NCBI GenBank assembly: GCA_964591165.1
Contig: CAZPZW010000002.1
Coordinates: forward strand, 3,840 to 67,839
DNA: 64,000 nt
Source: an uncultured Thermoanaerobaculia bacterium
GTDB taxonomy: Bacteria > Acidobacteriota > Thermoanaerobaculia > Multivoradales > JAGPDF01
Reading direction: 5' to 3'
Made by a program: the position numbers and the translations under genes. Below are positions 53,704-64,000 of this stretch, piece by piece (position 1 is the stretch's first letter; each line of letters begins with the position of its first letter). The notes beneath the pieces are model-generated. The model ran no database searches, was not told where the DNA came from, and saw nothing but the letters and a program-made list of their open reading frames with translations.

Positions 53704-54333
53704 TCAGCGGCTGTAGAGCTCGACGATCAGCTGCTCTTGGATCGGAAGCTTGATGTCCTCGCGGTTCGGCAACGACTGCACCTTGCCCACGAAGTTCTCG
53801 GCATCCAGCGACAGCCACTCGGGGACGCCCCGCCCGGTCGCCGACTCGACACTGGCGCGGATCTGCTCGTTCTTCCGGCTCGATTCCCTGACCGCGACGC
53901 TCTGCCCGGCGCGTACCTGATAGGACGGAATGGTCGTCTTCTTGCCGTCCACCAGGATGTGACCGTGACGCACCAGCTGACGGGCCTGCGCGCGGGAGGC
54001 GGCGAAGCCGAGGGCGAAGACCACGTTGTCGAGGCGACGCTCGAGCATCACGAGGAGGTTCTCGCCGGTGATCCCCTTGCGGCGATCGGCCTCGGCGAAG
54101 TAGAGCCTGAACTGGCGCTCGAGCACCCCGTAGATGCGCTTGACTTTCTGCTTCTCCCGGAGCTGGAGGCCATAACCGACGGCACGACGGCCGCGGCGCT
54201 GACCGTGCTGCCCCGGGGGATAGGCGCGCTTCTCGATCGCGCACTTCTCCTTGAAGCAGCGATCCCCTTTCAGAAAGAGCTTGATTCGCTCCCGCCGGCA
54301 GAGCCGGCAGACTGGACCCGTGTATCGTGCCAT
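53704..54333 (-). CDS. rpsD: 30S ribosomal protein S4
   Basis: 209 aa, beginning [26 protein letters not shown]... Confidence 0.96.
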   Translation of the reverse strand: MARYTGPVCRLCRRERIKLFLKGDRCFKEKCAIEKRAYPPGQHGQRRGRRAVGYGLQLREKQKVKRIYGVLERQFRLYFAEADRRKGITGENLLVMLERRLDNVVFALGFAASRAQARQLVRHGHILVDGKKTTIPSYQVRAGQSVAVRESSRKNEQIRASVESATGRGVPEWLSLDAENFVGKVQSLPNREDIKLPIQEQLIVELYSR

Positions 54334-54472
54334 GCAACGACTCCTGCTTCGTCTTCTCCCCGCTGCTGCGGGGACTCCGGTTCGAGGAAGACGTTCCGCG
54401 GCATCGATAGCACGCCCACCGAGCCGAGCCTTCCCTTCTCTGGAACGCCCTGTCGGGCGGTCTTGCCTCTCC
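54334..54472 (-). promoter_or_regulatory. Structured 139-nt leader between rpsK and rpsD (candidate S4 autoregulatory element)
   Basis: This is an unusually long spacer within an otherwise tightly packed operon. It has nested stems CGTCTTC...CCCCGC-nnnn-GCGGGG...GAAGACG (plus-strand coordinates 54350..54393) and CGCCC-tgtc-GGGCG (54446..54459). Confidence 0.4.
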
Positions 54473-54886
54473 TCAGACCCGCCGCCGCTTGCGCGGGCGG
54501 CAGCCGTTGTGCGGGATCGGCGTCACGTCGCGGATCGACTTGATGTCGATGCCGCTCGCCTGCAGCGCCCGAATGGCCGACTCGCGACCCGCACCGGGGC
54601 CGCGCACCTCGACGTCGACCGAGCGCATGCCGAGGTCCTTGGCCTGGTTGCCGGCGCTCTGCGCGGCGACCTGCGCCGCGAACGGAGTGCCTTTGCGCGA
54701 TCCCTTGAATCCGATCCGGCCCGCCGAAGACCAGGTGAGCACGTTGCCCTCCGGGTCGGAGATCGAGACGATCGTGTTGTTGAAGGACGCCTGGATGTGC
54801 GCGACGCCATGGGGCACGACGCGCTTCTCCTTCTTCTTGGCGCCCTTCTTCTCCTTGCCCGCGGGGGCCGACGATTCCTTTGCCAT
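54473..54886 (-). CDS. rpsK: 30S ribosomal protein S11
   Basis: 137 aa. It reads ...[30 protein letters not shown]...[13 protein letters not shown]. Confidence 0.96.
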   Translation of the reverse strand: MAKESSAPAGKEKKGAKKKEKRVVPHGVAHIQASFNNTIVSISDPEGNVLTWSSAGRIGFKGSRKGTPFAAQVAAQSAGNQAKDLGMRSVDVEVRGPGAGRESAIRALQASGIDIKSIRDVTPIPHNGCRPRKRRRV

Positions 54887-54898
54887 GGTCTTTCCTCG

Positions 54899-55282
54899 TT
54901 ACTTCTTGGTCAGCTTCTTCTTGGTCGCGACCGTCGCCTTGCGCGGTCCCTTCCGGGTGCGGGCGTTGGTGTTGGTCCGCTGGCCGCGCACCGGCAAACC
55001 CCGCCGGTGTCGGATGCCGCGATAGCTGCCGATCTCCATCAGCCGCTTGATGTTCTGCGCGACCTCCTTGCGCAGGTCGCCCTCTACGCGGCCCTCGTCC
55101 TGGATGATCTTGCGGATGCGCTGGGCCTCGTCTTCCGAGAGGTCGCGCACCTTGGTGACGTCCGGGACTCCGGCAGCCGCCAGGATCTTGCGCGCCCGCG
55201 TCCGCCCGATGCCGTGGATGTACGTCAGTCCAATCCAGACCTGCTTGTTCTGGGGGAGGTCGACCCCTGCGATACGTGCCAT
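54899..55282 (-). CDS. rpsM: 30S ribosomal protein S13
   Basis: 127 aa, beginning [26 protein letters not shown]... Confidence 0.96.
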   Translation of the reverse strand: MARIAGVDLPQNKQVWIGLTYIHGIGRTRARKILAAAGVPDVTKVRDLSEDEAQRIRKIIQDEGRVEGDLRKEVAQNIKRLMEIGSYRGIRHRRGLPVRGQRTNTNARTRKGPRKATVATKKKLTKK

Positions 55283-55291
55283 CTCGGCCCC

Positions 55292-55405
55292 TTACCCTTG
55301 CCGCTGCTTGTGTTTCGGGTTCTCGCAGATCACCCGCACGACGCCCGCGCGGCGCACGATCTTGCACTTCGGGCAGATCCGTCGGACTGAAGATCTAACT
55401 TTCAT
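55292..55405 (-). CDS. rpmJ: 50S ribosomal protein L36 (zinc-ribbon type)
   Basis: Not in the ORF track because it is too short. My reverse-complement translation gives [37 protein letters not shown]. It sits in the conserved position between infA and rpsM. Confidence 0.88.
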   Translation of the reverse strand: MKVRSSVRRICPKCKIVRRAGVVRVICENPKHKQRQG

Positions 55406-55419
55406 TTCACCACCTCGCA

Positions 55420-55638
55420 CTACTTCAAACGGTAGACGATTCGGCCACGGGAGAGATCGTAGGGCGAGAGCTCCACCAGAACCTTGTCGCCAGGCAGGAT
55501 CCGGATGAAGTGCTTCCGCATCTTGCCCGAGATGTGAGCCAGGACCTGATGCTTGTTCTCGAGCTCCACGCGGAACATCGCGTTCGGCAGCGGCTCGATG
55601 ACGGTCGCCTCGACTTCGATCGCTTCTTCCTTGGACAA
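55420..55638 (-). CDS. infA: Translation initiation factor IF-1
   Basis: 72 aa, reading [67 protein letters not shown]. It has a TTG start. Confidence 0.95.
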   Translation of the reverse strand: MSKEEAIEVEATVIEPLPNAMFRVELENKHQVLAHISGKMRKHFIRILPGDKVLVELSPYDLSRGRIVYRLK

Positions 55639-55669
55639 AACCTCCTACCCTTCCTTTCCTGGACTCGAG

Positions 55670-56419
55670 TCAGGCGGGTCCGAGACCGAGAATCCGCGCT
55701 CCGTCTTCGGTGACCGCAACCGAGTATTCGAAATGCGCCGACAACGAGCCGTCCGCAGTCCGCGCGGTCCAACCGTCCCGATCCACCTTGACGCCAGGGG
55801 AACCCGCGTTGACCATCGGTTCGATCGCCAGCACCAGCCCCGGCTTCAGCCTCGGTCCCCGGCCCGGTTCGCCGAAGTTCGGCACCTGAGGATCCTCGTG
55901 GAGCGCCGTGCCGATACCGTGGCCCACGAAATCGCGAACCACCGAGAAACCCTCGGACTCGACGTGCTGCTGGACGACGTGGCCGATGTCCGAGAGACGG
56001 TTGCTGGGAAGCACTGCCTCCACCGCCAGTTCGAGCGCCCGCTTCGTCACCGCGATGAGGCGACCGGCCGTCGGGGAGACCTCGCCCACGGCGTAGGTCC
56101 TGGCAGCGTCCCCGTAGTATCCCTTATAGACCACGCCACAATCAATCCCGATGATGTCGCCGGATTTCAGGCGGGCCTCGCCGGGGATCCCGTGCACGAT
56201 GACCTCGTTGATCGAGGTGCACAGGGTCGCCGGATAACCCTTGTAGTTGAGGAAAGCCGGCACCGCGCCGGCCCCTCGAATCAGCGCCTCCGCGAAGCGA
56301 TCGAGCTCGCGCGTGCTCACGCCCGGGAGGATCAGCTCGCCCAGGCCGTCCAACACGCGGTGGACGATCCGGTTGGCCTCGTCCATCAGCTCCAGCTCCG
56401 CTTGCGACTTCAGGACCAC
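55670..56419 (-). CDS. map: Methionine aminopeptidase type I
   Basis: 249 aa with VIVHGIPG, GDIIGIDCG, GHGIG and LAIEPM. Confidence 0.95.
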   Translation of the reverse strand: MVLKSQAELELMDEANRIVHRVLDGLGELILPGVSTRELDRFAEALIRGAGAVPAFLNYKGYPATLCTSINEVIVHGIPGEARLKSGDIIGIDCGVVYKGYYGDAARTYAVGEVSPTAGRLIAVTKRALELAVEAVLPSNRLSDIGHVVQQHVESEGFSVVRDFVGHGIGTALHEDPQVPNFGEPGRGPRLKPGLVLAIEPMVNAGSPGVKVDRDGWTARTADGSLSAHFEYSVAVTEDGARILGLGPA

Positions 56420-56994
56420 GACGGCCCTCCTCGCCCCAGAGCCCGCAGGATGCTGGTCGTGACCTCGCTCATCGGCCGGTCGCCATCGATGCGGTGCAGC
56501 AGGCCGCGACTCACGAAGCGCTCCACCAGCGGTTCCGTCTTCTCGCGGTAGACCCTCAGCCTCTCCCGCACAACGTCCTCGCGATCGTCCTCCCGCTGGC
56601 GACCCAGCGCTCTGCGCACCAGCACCGCCTCGGGGACCTCGAGGTAGATCGCGGCATCCAGCACCTGTCCACGGTCCGCCAGGAGCCGGTCCAGCGTCTC
56701 CGCCTGACCGTCCGTCCTCGGATAGCCGTCCAGCAGGAAGCCGCGACGGGCGTCTTCCAGCCCGAGTCGCTGCGCGACCACCTCGGCCATCAACGCATCG
56801 TCGACCAGGGCGCCTGCCGCCATGATCGCCTTCACTCGCTCACCGAGCTCCGTACCCTTCTCCACGGCCTCGCGCAGCATCGCGCCGGTGGAGATGGCCG
56901 GGACGCGGAGAACCTCCGCCAGCAGGTCAGCCTGAGTCCCCTTGCCACAGCCGGGGGCTCCCAGCATCACCACGCGGAGTCCCGATTCAGCCAC
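56410..56994 (-). CDS. adk: Adenylate kinase (short-LID type, no zinc knuckle)
   Basis: 194 aa with GAPGCGKGTQ (P-loop) and FLLDGYPRT. The short LID segment is RRALGRQREDDRED. Confidence 0.93.
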   Translation of the reverse strand: MAESGLRVVMLGAPGCGKGTQADLLAEVLRVPAISTGAMLREAVEKGTELGERVKAIMAAGALVDDALMAEVVAQRLGLEDARRGFLLDGYPRTDGQAETLDRLLADRGQVLDAAIYLEVPEAVLVRRALGRQREDDREDVVRERLRVYREKTEPLVERFVSRGLLHRIDGDRPMSEVTTSILRALGRGGPSWS

Positions 56995-58369
56995 GGCGAC
57001 CCTTGATCCGGCCCCGCTTCAGGAAGCCGTCGTAGTTGCGCATCACCAGCTGACTTTCGATCTGCTGCAGCGTGTCCATCGCCACCCCGACCACGATCAG
57101 CAGCGACGTCCCGCCGAAGTAGAAGTTGATTCCCATGCCTTCGGTCAACCACTTGGGCAGGAACGGATCCATCGCCGGCCCGATCCAGGGCAGGTTCTGG
57201 ACCTTGATGCCGTTGAGCAGGAAGTCCGGGAGAATCGCCACCAGCGCGAGGTACGTCGCTCCGACCAGCGAGATCCTGGTGAGAATGCGGTCGATGTACT
57301 CCGCCGTTCGCTTGCCGGACCGGATCCCCGGGACGAAGCTGCCGTACTTCCTCATGTTCTCCGCGAGATCGGTCGGATTGAAGATGATCGAGATGTAGAA
57401 GTAGCTGAAGAACACGATGCCGACGACGTAGAGCAGGTAGTGCAGCGGCTGCCCCCACGCCACCTGGTCGGCGAACTTCTGCAGCCAGGTGGCCTGGAAC
57501 ATCTGGGCCGCCGTCGCCGGAAGCGCCATCAACGAGCTCGCGAAGATCACCGGGATCACGCCGGCCGTGTTGACCCGCAGCGGCAGGTAGGTGCTCTGGC
57601 CGCCATAGACCTTCCGGCCGACCATCCGCTTGGCGTACTGCACCGGGATCCGCCGCTGGGCGCGTTCCATGTAGACGATGAAGGCGACCACCGCGACCAT
57701 GAAGGCGATCAGGACCAGGATGCCGATCAACGAGAGCTCGTTGGTGCGGATCTTTCCGACCGTGTCGGCGATCGCGCTCGGCAGGCCGACCACGATGCCG
57801 GCGAAGATGATCAGCGAGATCCCGTTGCCGATGCCCCGCTCGCTGATCTGCTCCCCGAGCCACATGATGAAAGCGCAACCCGTGGTCAGGGTCAGGACGG
57901 TCATCAGGCGGAAGCCCCAGCCTGGCGAGGGCACCAATGCCGCGCCACCAGGCGTCGACGTCTTCTCGAGGAATAGCGCGATACCCGAGGACTGGACGAT
58001 CGACACCAGGACGGTCCCGTAGCGCGTGTACTGGGTGATCTTCTTGCGCCCCAGCTCGCCCTCCTTCGACAGCTTCTCCAGGAAAGGCCAGACGACCGTC
58101 AGCAGCTGCAGGATGATCGACGCGGTGATGTAGGGCATGATGCCCAGCGCGAAGACCGCGACCCGCTCGAGGCTTCCCCCCGTGAAGGTGTTGACGAATC
58201 CCAGGAAGGTGTTCTGGACCGAGTTCATGAACTCGATCAGCGCCTGCGGATCGACTCCGGGGGTCGGAATATGGCAGCCGATCCGGTAGACCGCCAGCAG
58301 GCCGAAGGTGAACAGAACCCGCTTGCGAAGGTCCGGGATCGCGAAGATGTTCCGGACGCTCTCGATCAC
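56987..58369 (-). CDS. secY: Preprotein translocase subunit SecY
   Basis: 460 aa with 10 TM-like helices. It contains [18 protein letters not shown] and [11 protein letters not shown]. Confidence 0.96.
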   Translation of the reverse strand: MIESVRNIFAIPDLRKRVLFTFGLLAVYRIGCHIPTPGVDPQALIEFMNSVQNTFLGFVNTFTGGSLERVAVFALGIMPYITASIILQLLTVVWPFLEKLSKEGELGRKKITQYTRYGTVLVSIVQSSGIALFLEKTSTPGGAALVPSPGWGFRLMTVLTLTTGCAFIMWLGEQISERGIGNGISLIIFAGIVVGLPSAIADTVGKIRTNELSLIGILVLIAFMVAVVAFIVYMERAQRRIPVQYAKRMVGRKVYGGQSTYLPLRVNTAGVIPVIFASSLMALPATAAQMFQATWLQKFADQVAWGQPLHYLLYVVGIVFFSYFYISIIFNPTDLAENMRKYGSFVPGIRSGKRTAEYIDRILTRISLVGATYLALVAILPDFLLNGIKVQNLPWIGPAMDPFLPKWLTEGMGINFYFGGTSLLIVVGVAMDTLQQIESQLVMRNYDGFLKRGRIKGRRG

Positions 58370-58803
58370 GAAGCGAGCTCCTCACATCGGCCGCCGGCCG
58401 ACTCGATCTTCTGTCGCGCCGCCTTGCTGAAGCGATGCGCCGCCACGGTGAGAGCGGCGTTGACCTCGCCGTTGCCGAGCACCTTGATCATCCGCCCCTT
58501 GTGGACCAGGCCGGCCTCGACCAGGACGTCGGGGTTGATCGACTTGCCCAGTTGCTCGAGCGAGCCGACGTTCACCACCGCGTACTCGACGCGGAACTCG
58601 TTGGTGAATCCGCGCTTCGGAACGCGCCGGACGAGCGGCATCTGGCCGCCCTCGAAGCCCGGGCGAACCCGGTATCCCGCCCGGCTCTGGCCGCCCTTGT
58701 GGCCGCGCCCGGCGGTCTTGCCGAGGCCGGATCCCGGACCCCGACCGACCCGCTTGCGCGAGTGCTTGCTTCCTGGAGCTGGAGAGAGCTCGTGGAGTTT
58801 CAT
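58366..58803 (-). CDS. rplO: 50S ribosomal protein L15
   Basis: 145 aa, beginning [38 protein letters not shown]... Confidence 0.96.
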   Translation of the reverse strand: MKLHELSPAPGSKHSRKRVGRGPGSGLGKTAGRGHKGGQSRAGYRVRPGFEGGQMPLVRRVPKRGFTNEFRVEYAVVNVGSLEQLGKSINPDVLVEAGLVHKGRMIKVLGNGEVNAALTVAAHRFSKAARQKIESAGGRCEELAS

Positions 58804-58988
58804 TTCGCTTCCTCGACGATCTCAACGAGATAGGAGACTTTTGCGATCATCCCGCGGACGGCAGGCGTGTCGTCGCGCTCGACCTCGTGTCGGATTCGAC
58901 GCAGACCCAGCCCACGAAGCGCATCACGATGGGATTGCCGGGTGCTGATCGAGCTGCCGATCTGGCGGATACGGATCTTCTTCTTCAT
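58800..58988 (-). CDS. rpmD: 50S ribosomal protein L30
   Basis: 62 aa, reading [28 protein letters not shown]. Confidence 0.93.
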   Translation of the reverse strand: MKKKIRIRQIGSSISTRQSHRDALRGLGLRRIRHEVERDDTPAVRGMIAKVSYLVEIVEEAK

Positions 58989-59028
58989 GCCCGTCTTGCT
59001 CCTTCCTTGCGAGAGGCGCGGCGCCGGA

Positions 59029-59526
59029 CTAGGCGGTCGCCTGCGTCTCCACCACTGGCCGCCGCCGCTCCCCGACCCTCAGCATCAGGAGCGCGGCGAA
59101 GGTCGCCTTGACCACGTTGTGCGGATTGGTCGAGCCCAACGATTTGGTCAGGATGTCCTGGATTCCCGCCGCCTCGACCACCGCGCGCACCGGGCCGCCG
59201 GCGATCACCCCGGTCCCCGCCGATGCCGGCTTGATCAGCACCTTGCCCGACCCGAACTCGCCGAGCGCCTCGTGCGGAATCGTGTTACCGAGCATCGGCA
59301 CCTGAATGAGGTGCTTCTTGGCGACCTCGATTCCCTTGCGGATGGCCGTCGGAACCTCCTTGGCCTTGCCCGCACCGTAGCCGACACGACCATTGCCGTC
59401 GCCGATCACCACCAGGGCGGAGAACGAGAAGTTCTTTCCGCCCTTGACGACCTTGGTCACGCGGTTGATGTGCACGACCTGCTCGACGAACTCGCTCTCC
59501 TGCTCGAAATCCCTGTCCCTGGCCAA
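59029..59526 (-). CDS. rpsE: 30S ribosomal protein S5
   Basis: 165 aa, reading [40 protein letters not shown]. Confidence 0.96.
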   Translation of the reverse strand: MARDRDFEQESEFVEQVVHINRVTKVVKGGKNFSFSALVVIGDGNGRVGYGAGKAKEVPTAIRKGIEVAKKHLIQVPMLGNTIPHEALGEFGSGKVLIKPASAGTGVIAGGPVRAVVEAAGIQDILTKSLGSTNPHNVVKATFAALLMLRVGERRRPVVETQATA

Positions 59527-59552
59527 AGCTCTTCTCCTTCGTCCCCGGAGCG

Positions 59553-59939
59553 CTAGAACTGCAGGCCCTTGGCGCGTGCTGCGTCCGCGAGCTCTTTCAC
59601 TTTTCCGTGGTAGAGGTACCCGCCACGGTCAAAAACGACCTTGTCGATGCCCTTGGCGAGCGCACGCTCGGCCACTGCCTCGCCGACGATCTTGGCTGCC
59701 GCCTTGGTCGCGGTGCCTCCCTCGAAGCGACTCTTGAGCGCCGGCTCGAGCGACGCTGCCGCGACCAGCGTCTGGCCCGTCGAGTCGTCGATCACCTGCG
59801 CGTACACGTACTTCTCGCTCTTGAACACCGACAGCCGGGGGCGGGCCGACGTACCCACCAGCCGCTGGCGGAGCCGCTGATGCGCTCGCCGGCGGCGCGA
59901 CGACTTCTCGGTGACTTTCTTGCGAACTAGATCCGACAT
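59553..59939 (-). CDS. rplR: 50S ribosomal protein L18
   Basis: 128 aa. It reads [31 protein letters not shown]...[16 protein letters not shown]. Confidence 0.95.
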   Translation of the reverse strand: MSDLVRKKVTEKSSRRRRAHQRLRQRLVGTSARPRLSVFKSEKYVYAQVIDDSTGQTLVAAASLEPALKSRFEGGTATKAAAKIVGEAVAERALAKGIDKVVFDRGGYLYHGKVKELADAARAKGLQF

Positions 59940-59957
59940 GGAAGCGCGCTCCTCGCC

Positions 59958-60497
59958 TTACTTGGCGCCGGCCTTGCCGACCTTGCGCCGGATCACCTCA
60001 TCGGAGAACTTGATGCCCTTCCCCTTGTACGGGTCGGGCGGACGCAGTCTGCGAATCTCGGCGCAGACTTGACCCAGCAACTGGCGATCGGCGCCGCTCA
60101 CCGTCATCCTGTTCGCCTTGTCGATCTCGATCTTGATCCCGGGCGGGATGGGGAACACCACCGGATGCGAATAGCCGAGCGCGAAGTGCACTTCGCTGCC
60201 GCGGACTTCCGCCTTGTAGCCGACGCCGATGATCTCCAGCCCCTGGCTGAAGCCCTCCGCCACACCCTTGACCGCGTTGGCCAGCAGGGCGCGCATCAAG
60301 CCGTGCTTGGCACGGTCCGGACCGGTCTCGCCGGCCCGCTCGACCGAGACGATCCCGTTCTCCACCTTGACCGGGAAGCCGTCGATCAACGCCTGTTTGA
60401 CCTGGCCCTTCGGCCCTTCGGCGACGAACTGACCGTCGGCAATCTGGATCTTGACCCCCTTGGGGATCTCGATCGGCTTTCTTCCAACTCGCGACAT
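59958..60497 (-). CDS. rplF: 50S ribosomal protein L6
   Basis: 179 aa, beginning MSRVGRKPIEIPKGVKI... Confidence 0.96.
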   Translation of the reverse strand: MSRVGRKPIEIPKGVKIQIADGQFVAEGPKGQVKQALIDGFPVKVENGIVSVERAGETGPDRAKHGLMRALLANAVKGVAEGFSQGLEIIGVGYKAEVRGSEVHFALGYSHPVVFPIPPGIKIEIDKANRMTVSGADRQLLGQVCAEIRRLRPPDPYKGKGIKFSDEVIRRKVGKAGAK

Positions 60498-60513
60498 GAT
60501 CTCGATCCCTCTC

Positions 60514-60912
60514 TTACCAGACCTCGCACAGCACTTCGCCGCCGAGCCGCCGCTCCCGGGCCTGCCGGTCGGAGAGCAGTCCCTGGTTCGTCGAGATGAC
60601 GCCCAGCCCCCGGCCGTTCAGCACAGGGCGGATATCCTCCGCGCCGCGATAGACGCGACGGCCTGGCTTCGAGATGCGACGAAGGTGATTGATCGCCGGC
60701 GAGCCTGACTCGTCGTATTCGAGGAAGATTCGCAGCACCGAAATCGGCTGTTGATCGACCAGCCGGAAGTTCCGGATGAACCCCTCCTCCTTGAAGATCC
60801 GGCAGATCTCAGCCTTCAGCTTCGAGGTCGGGACGTCGACCCTGTCGTGCTTGGCCAAGTGGGCGTTCCGGATCCTCGCCAACAGATCCGAAACCGGATC
60901 CATGTTGCTCAT
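60514..60912 (-). CDS. rpsH: 30S ribosomal protein S8
   Basis: 132 aa. It reads DPVSDLLARIRNAHLAK......GGEVLCEVW. Confidence 0.96.
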   Translation of the reverse strand: MSNMDPVSDLLARIRNAHLAKHDRVDVPTSKLKAEICRIFKEEGFIRNFRLVDQQPISVLRIFLEYDESGSPAINHLRRISKPGRRVYRGAEDIRPVLNGRGLGVISTNQGLLSDRQARERRLGGEVLCEVW

Positions 60913-60922
60913 ATCTCTCTCC

Positions 60923-61108
60923 TTACCAACTCGCCTTGATCACACCCGGGAGGTAGCCTTGCCGGGCCAGATCGCGAAAACAGATGCGGCAGAGACCGAA
61001 CTTGCGCATGTAGCTGCGCGGTCGACCGCAGCGCTTGCAGCGGCTGCGCTGCCGGATCTTGTACTTCAACTGCTTCCTCGTCTTGGCCATCCTGGCGTCG
61101 GTCGCCAC
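60923..61108 (-). CDS. rpsN: 30S ribosomal protein S14, short zinc-binding (type Z) form
   Basis: 61 aa. [22 protein letters not shown] contains CxxC...CxxC. Confidence 0.95.
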   Translation of the reverse strand: MATDARMAKTRKQLKYKIRQRSRCKRCGRPRSYMRKFGLCRICFRDLARQGYLPGVIKASW

Positions 61109-61120
61109 GCGATCTCCTCC

Positions 61121-61705
61121 CTAGTTCCTCGCGAAAGGCACGCCGAGCTCGCGCAACAGGTGCAGCGCCTGCTCGTCGTTCTCCGCCGTCGTCACGAAGG
61201 TGATGTTCATCCCCTTCGGTCGTTCCACCTTGTTCAGATCGATCTCCTGGAAGATCAGGTGATCGCGGATTCCCACCGTGTAGTTGCCGCGACCGTCGAA
61301 GCTCTTCGCGGAGACGCCGCGAAAGTCGCGCACGCGCGGCAGCGCCACGGCGATGAACCGATCCATGAACTCCCACATCCTGTCGCCCCGCAGCGTCACG
61401 CTGCAGCCGATCGGCATACCCTCGCGCAGCTTGAACGACGCGATGGACTTGCGCGACCGCCGTACCGACGGGCGCTGGCCGGCGATCGCCGCCAGCTCCT
61501 CGACGCCGTCGTCCAGGATCTTGATGTTCTGGATCGCGTCGCCCAGACCCATGTTCACCACGATCTTCTCGAGCCGCGGCACCGCCATCAGGTTGTCGAT
61601 GCCGAACTCCTTCTTGAGCTTCGGCACCACGTCGTCCTGATACTGCTGCTTGAGACGGGGGACGTAAGTCCCCTTGGTCTGCGTCTTCTCCGTGATCTTC
61701 GCCAT
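61121..61705 (-). CDS. rplE: 50S ribosomal protein L5
   Basis: 194 aa. It reads [33 protein letters not shown].... Confidence 0.96.
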   Translation of the reverse strand: MAKITEKTQTKGTYVPRLKQQYQDDVVPKLKKEFGIDNLMAVPRLEKIVVNMGLGDAIQNIKILDDGVEELAAIAGQRPSVRRSRKSIASFKLREGMPIGCSVTLRGDRMWEFMDRFIAVALPRVRDFRGVSAKSFDGRGNYTVGIRDHLIFQEIDLNKVERPKGMNITFVTTAENDEQALHLLRELGVPFARN

Positions 61706-61718
61706 GTTCCTCGAGCTC

Positions 61719-62042
61719 CTAGCTCAGCGCCGCGCCACTCTTCTTGGCGATCCGGACGGCCGAGCCGTCGGCGAGCCGCTGCCGGCCGACACGTGTGGGC
61801 TTCCCGCTGTTCGGGTCCACGAGCATCAGTTTCGATACCCGGATCGGCGCCTCGCGCTCGAGCACTCCGCCCTGGATCCCCTTCTGCGGATTGGCTCGCG
61901 TGTGGCGCTTCATCATGTTGACTCGCTCCACGATCGCCATGCCCTTCGCCGGCAGCACCCGGAGCACCTTGCCCTTCGCTCCGCGGTCCTTGCCCGCAAT
62001 CACCAGAACCTGATCGTTCTTCTTGATTCGCATCTTTTTCAT
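61719..62042 (-). CDS. rplX: 50S ribosomal protein L24
   Basis: 107 aa. [24 protein letters not shown] is a KOW motif. Confidence 0.95.
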   Translation of the reverse strand: MKKMRIKKNDQVLVIAGKDRGAKGKVLRVLPAKGMAIVERVNMMKRHTRANPQKGIQGGVLEREAPIRVSKLMLVDPNSGKPTRVGRQRLADGSAVRIAKKSGAALS

Positions 62043-62067
62043 TGCGTGTGTCCGATCTCGCGGTTCC

Positions 62068-62433
62068 TCAGATGACTTCCGGGGCCAGCGACACGATCTT
62101 CATGAACTTTCTCTCGCGCAGCTCTCGAGCCACCGGCCCGAACACGCGCGTTCCGATCGGCTCCTGCTGGTCGTTGATCAGCACCGCCGCGTTGGTGTCG
62201 AAACGGATGTAGCTCCCGTCGCGCCGTTTGTGCGCCTTCACCGTCCGGACGATCACCGCCTTGACGACCTGCCCCTTCTTGACGGTGCCGTCCGGAACCG
62301 CCTCCTTCACCGAAGCGGTGATGACGTCTCCCAACCGGCCGTACTGGCCCAGCGCGCCCCGCAGGTGAATGCAGGCGATCTTCTTGGCGCCAGAGTTGTC
62401 GGCCACCTCGAGGATGGTTCCCATCTGGATCAT
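62068..62433 (-). CDS. rplN: 50S ribosomal protein L14
   Basis: The start is the internal ATG 62433 of ORF 62068..62478, giving [20 protein letters not shown]... Confidence 0.96.
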   Translation of the reverse strand: MIQMGTILEVADNSGAKKIACIHLRGALGQYGRLGDVITASVKEAVPDGTVKKGQVVKAVIVRTVKAHKRRDGSYIRFDTNAAVLINDQQEPIGTRVFGPVARELRERKFMKIVSLAPEVI

Positions 62434-62435
62434 GG

Positions 62436-62714
62436 CTAGTTCTCCCTGGACTTCTTGAGAATCTCGGCCACGCGCCAACGCTTGAGCCGCGAGAGCGGCC
62501 GCGTGGAGACCAGGCGAACCTGGTCGCCGACCTGGCAGCTGTCACCCTCGTCGTGAGCGTAGAACTTCGAGGTCCGCTTCTGGTGACGATGGTAGAGGCG
62601 ATGCACGACGGTCTTCTCCACTTCGACGACGACCGTCTTGTTCATCTTGTTGCTCACCACCACGCCGATCTTCTCCTGGCGCTGGCTGGCTCGCTTCTCG
62701 CCGGTTTCGCTCAT
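62436..62714 (-). CDS. rpsQ: 30S ribosomal protein S17
   Basis: The start is taken at ATG 62714, where a GAGGA SD is 8 nt upstream. The sequence reads [46 protein letters not shown]. Confidence 0.94.
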   Translation of the reverse strand: MSETGEKRASQRQEKIGVVVSNKMNKTVVVEVEKTVVHRLYHRHQKRTSKFYAHDEGDSCQVGDQVRLVSTRPLSRLKRWRVAEILKKSREN

Positions 62715-62725
62715 GGGCATCGTCC

Positions 62726-62923
62726 TCAAACCGCGCCTTGCTTGTCGCGGAGAATCGTCAGAACCTGGGCCATCTCCCGCTTGGCGGCCCGGACCTTCGC
62801 CGGCTTCTCGAGCTGCCCGGTGACCTTCTGCAGACGAAGGGCGAACAACTGCTCGGCGAGCTCCTTTTCCCGGAGCCGCAGATCGGCGACGGTCTTTTCG
62901 CGCAGCTCTTGGATCTTCTTCAT
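62726..62923 (-). CDS. rpmC: 50S ribosomal protein L29
   Basis: 65 aa, reading [27 protein letters not shown]. Confidence 0.94.
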   Translation of the reverse strand: MKKIQELREKTVADLRLREKELAEQLFALRLQKVTGQLEKPAKVRAAKREMAQVLTILRDKQGAV

Positions 62924-62941
62924 GCCAGTTCCCTCACTTCC

Positions 62942-63361
62942 CTACTTCAACTCGGCGTGTCGCGAGACGAAGCGCGTGCGAATGCCGAACTTCTGCGCAG
63001 CCAGCTTCATCGCTTCCTGCGCGATCTGCTCCGTGACGCCTTCGAGCTCGAAGAGCATTCGGCCCGGCTTGATCACCGCGACCCAACCCTCGGGGTTGCC
63101 CTTGCCCTTTCCCATCCGGGTCTCGAGCGGCTTCTTGGTGTAGGGCTTGTCGGGGAAGATCCGGATCCACATCTTCCCGCCACGCTTCACGTGGCGGGTG
63201 ATCGCGATACGGCCGGCCTCGATCTGCCGCGCCGTGACCCATCCCGGCTCGAGCGCCTGGAGCCCGTAGTCGCCGAAGGCGATGTACTCTCCCGCCTTGG
63301 CGCGCCCGGCGCGGCGCCCGCGATGCTGCTTCCTGAACTTGACCTTCTTCGGCATCAACAT
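62942..63361 (-). CDS. rplP: 50S ribosomal protein L16
   Basis: 139 aa, beginning [24 protein letters not shown]... Confidence 0.96.
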   Translation of the reverse strand: MLMPKKVKFRKQHRGRRAGRAKAGEYIAFGDYGLQALEPGWVTARQIEAGRIAITRHVKRGGKMWIRIFPDKPYTKKPLETRMGKGKGNPEGWVAVIKPGRMLFELEGVTEQIAQEAMKLAAQKFGIRTRFVSRHAELK

Positions 63362-63376
63362 GATTCGAGTCCTCGG

Positions 63377-64000
63377 TTACGCGGTCGCCCGCCGCCCCTT
63401 CTCCTTCAGGAGATCGCCTTTGTACACCCACACCTTGACGCCGATCACGCCATAGGTCGTCCGCGCCTCGGCGAAGCCGTAGTCGATGTCCGCCTTCAGG
63501 GTGTGCAACGGAAGCCGGCCCTCCTGGTACCACTCGGTGCGCGCGATCTCGGCGCCCCCGAGGCGCCCCGCCACCATGATCTTCACGCCCTTGGCGCCGA
63601 ACCGGAACGCCGATTCCATCGCCTTCTTCATGGCGCGACGGAACGACACGCGACGCTCGAGCTGTCCGGCGATCGACTCGGAGACCAGCTGGGCGTCCAG
63701 CTCCGGCCGCTGGATCTCCTGGATGTTGATGTGCACCTCTCGCCCGGTCATCTTCGCCAGGTCGTCGCGCAGCTTGTCCACCTCGGCGCCCTTGCGACCG
63801 ATGATGATCCCCGGCCGCGAGGTGTAGATCGTCACCCGGAGCTTGTCCGCGGCGCGCTCGATGTCGATTTCCGACACGCCGGCATGACCCAGCCGCTTCT
63901 TCAGGTCCGCGCGCAGCTTCAGGTCGGAATGGAGGAGCTTGGAGTATTCAGCCTCGGAGTACCACCGCGAGTGCCAGGTCTTGTTGTAGACCAGCCTGAA
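63377..64000 (-). CDS. rpsC: 30S ribosomal protein S3 (5' end beyond the window)
   Basis: The frame stays open upstream of the listed ORF start (63877) to the window edge. It reads [71 protein letters not shown]... Confidence 0.94.
   Translation of the reverse strand, partial: FRLVYNKTWHSRWYSEAEYSKLLHSDLKLRADLKKRLGHAGVSEIDIERAADKLRVTIYTSRPGIIIGRKGAEVDKLRDDLAKMTGREVHINIQEIQRPELDAQLVSESIAGQLERRVSFRRAMKKAMESAFRFGAKGVKIMVAGRLGGAEIARTEWYQEGRLPLHTLKADIDYGFAEARTTYGVIGVKVWVYKGDLLKEKGRRATA

Noticed and set aside
55662-55671. Palindrome GACTCGAGTC between map and infA, resembling the half-sites of the 17093 operator candidate
   Set aside because: It is only 10 bp long, overlaps the map stop codon and lies inside a constitutive ribosomal-protein operon. 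CTCGAG (Leu-Glu codons, XhoI) is very frequent in this GC-rich sequence, so a chance match is likely.
1-64000. Search by eye for CRISPR arrays, IS/transposase or integrase genes, prophage modules, toxin-antitoxin pairs, reverse transcriptases, and rRNA, tmRNA, RNase P or SRP RNA signatures
   Set aside because: None was recognised. There are no regularly spaced direct repeats, and no DDE, tyrosine or serine recombinase motifs. None of the conserved RNA signature strings I checked for was present. The window reads as core chromosome rather than an accessory island.

Overview
This is a 64 kb, very GC-rich (about 70% by eye) chromosomal segment that is almost entirely coding. I support about 63 protein genes and one tRNA, and I found no transposase, integrase, phage, CRISPR or defence-type genes. 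The six-frame track contains many long Arg/Ala/Gly/Pro-rich 'shadow' ORFs typical of high-GC DNA. I discounted these, and I trimmed several real genes whose listed ORFs run upstream into neighbouring genes.

Gene content, left to right:
- A MOCOS/NifS-like PLP enzyme (partial) and a BNR-repeat protein.
- A translationally coupled cysteine-dioxygenase-like cupin and a signal-less sulfite-oxidase-fold Mo enzyme.
- ispG, then a LysM/FecR-like secreted protein, a methyltransferase and apaG.
- A flavin reductase and a THUMP RNA methyltransferase.
- A minus-strand operon: GAPDH paralog lacking the catalytic Cys, canonical gap, an insertion-bearing KAS I/II-type ketosynthase, and a polytopic membrane protein.
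- Divergently from that operon: DUF1015, serA and an FGase-like gene, followed by an M28 peptidase and serC.
- POT and OPT peptide transporters, then tRNA-Pro(CGG).
- A dihaem cytochrome c, an acyl-CoA ligase and a FadB-type enzyme.
- A VWA protein of a type I recall as Acidobacteria-associated.
- An operon of LRV-repeat protein, rodZ, a paralogous repeat protein, a J-domain/TPR protein and a PP2C phosphatase.
- A 693-aa GreA-domain fusion protein, an amidase and a CCA/poly(A) nucleotidyltransferase.
- lexA followed by a PilT-like ATPase with a coiled-coil tail.
- An M16 peptidase pair and a Hanks kinase.
- An EF-G paralog plus efp.
- The distal S10, spc and alpha ribosomal-protein operons (rpsC to rplQ) on the minus strand.

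The taxonomic guess is Acidobacteriota; this is inference only.

I see no clear-cut mobile or defence novelty. The most unusual items are:
- the Cys-to-Val GAPDH paralog operon with the atypical ketosynthase;
- a perfect 13-bp-arm palindrome over the divergent gap/serA-side promoter, with a core-related palindrome upstream of serC;
- the DUF1015-serA-FGase-like cluster;
- the rodZ operon flanked by paralogous helical-repeat proteins;
- the giant GreA fusion with a CarD/TRCF-RID-like motif;
- candidate leaderless promoters;
- NTGA stop-start couplings, including two possible CTG starts;
- a structured 139-nt rpsD leader.

All functional calls come from reading the translations. No database search was run.
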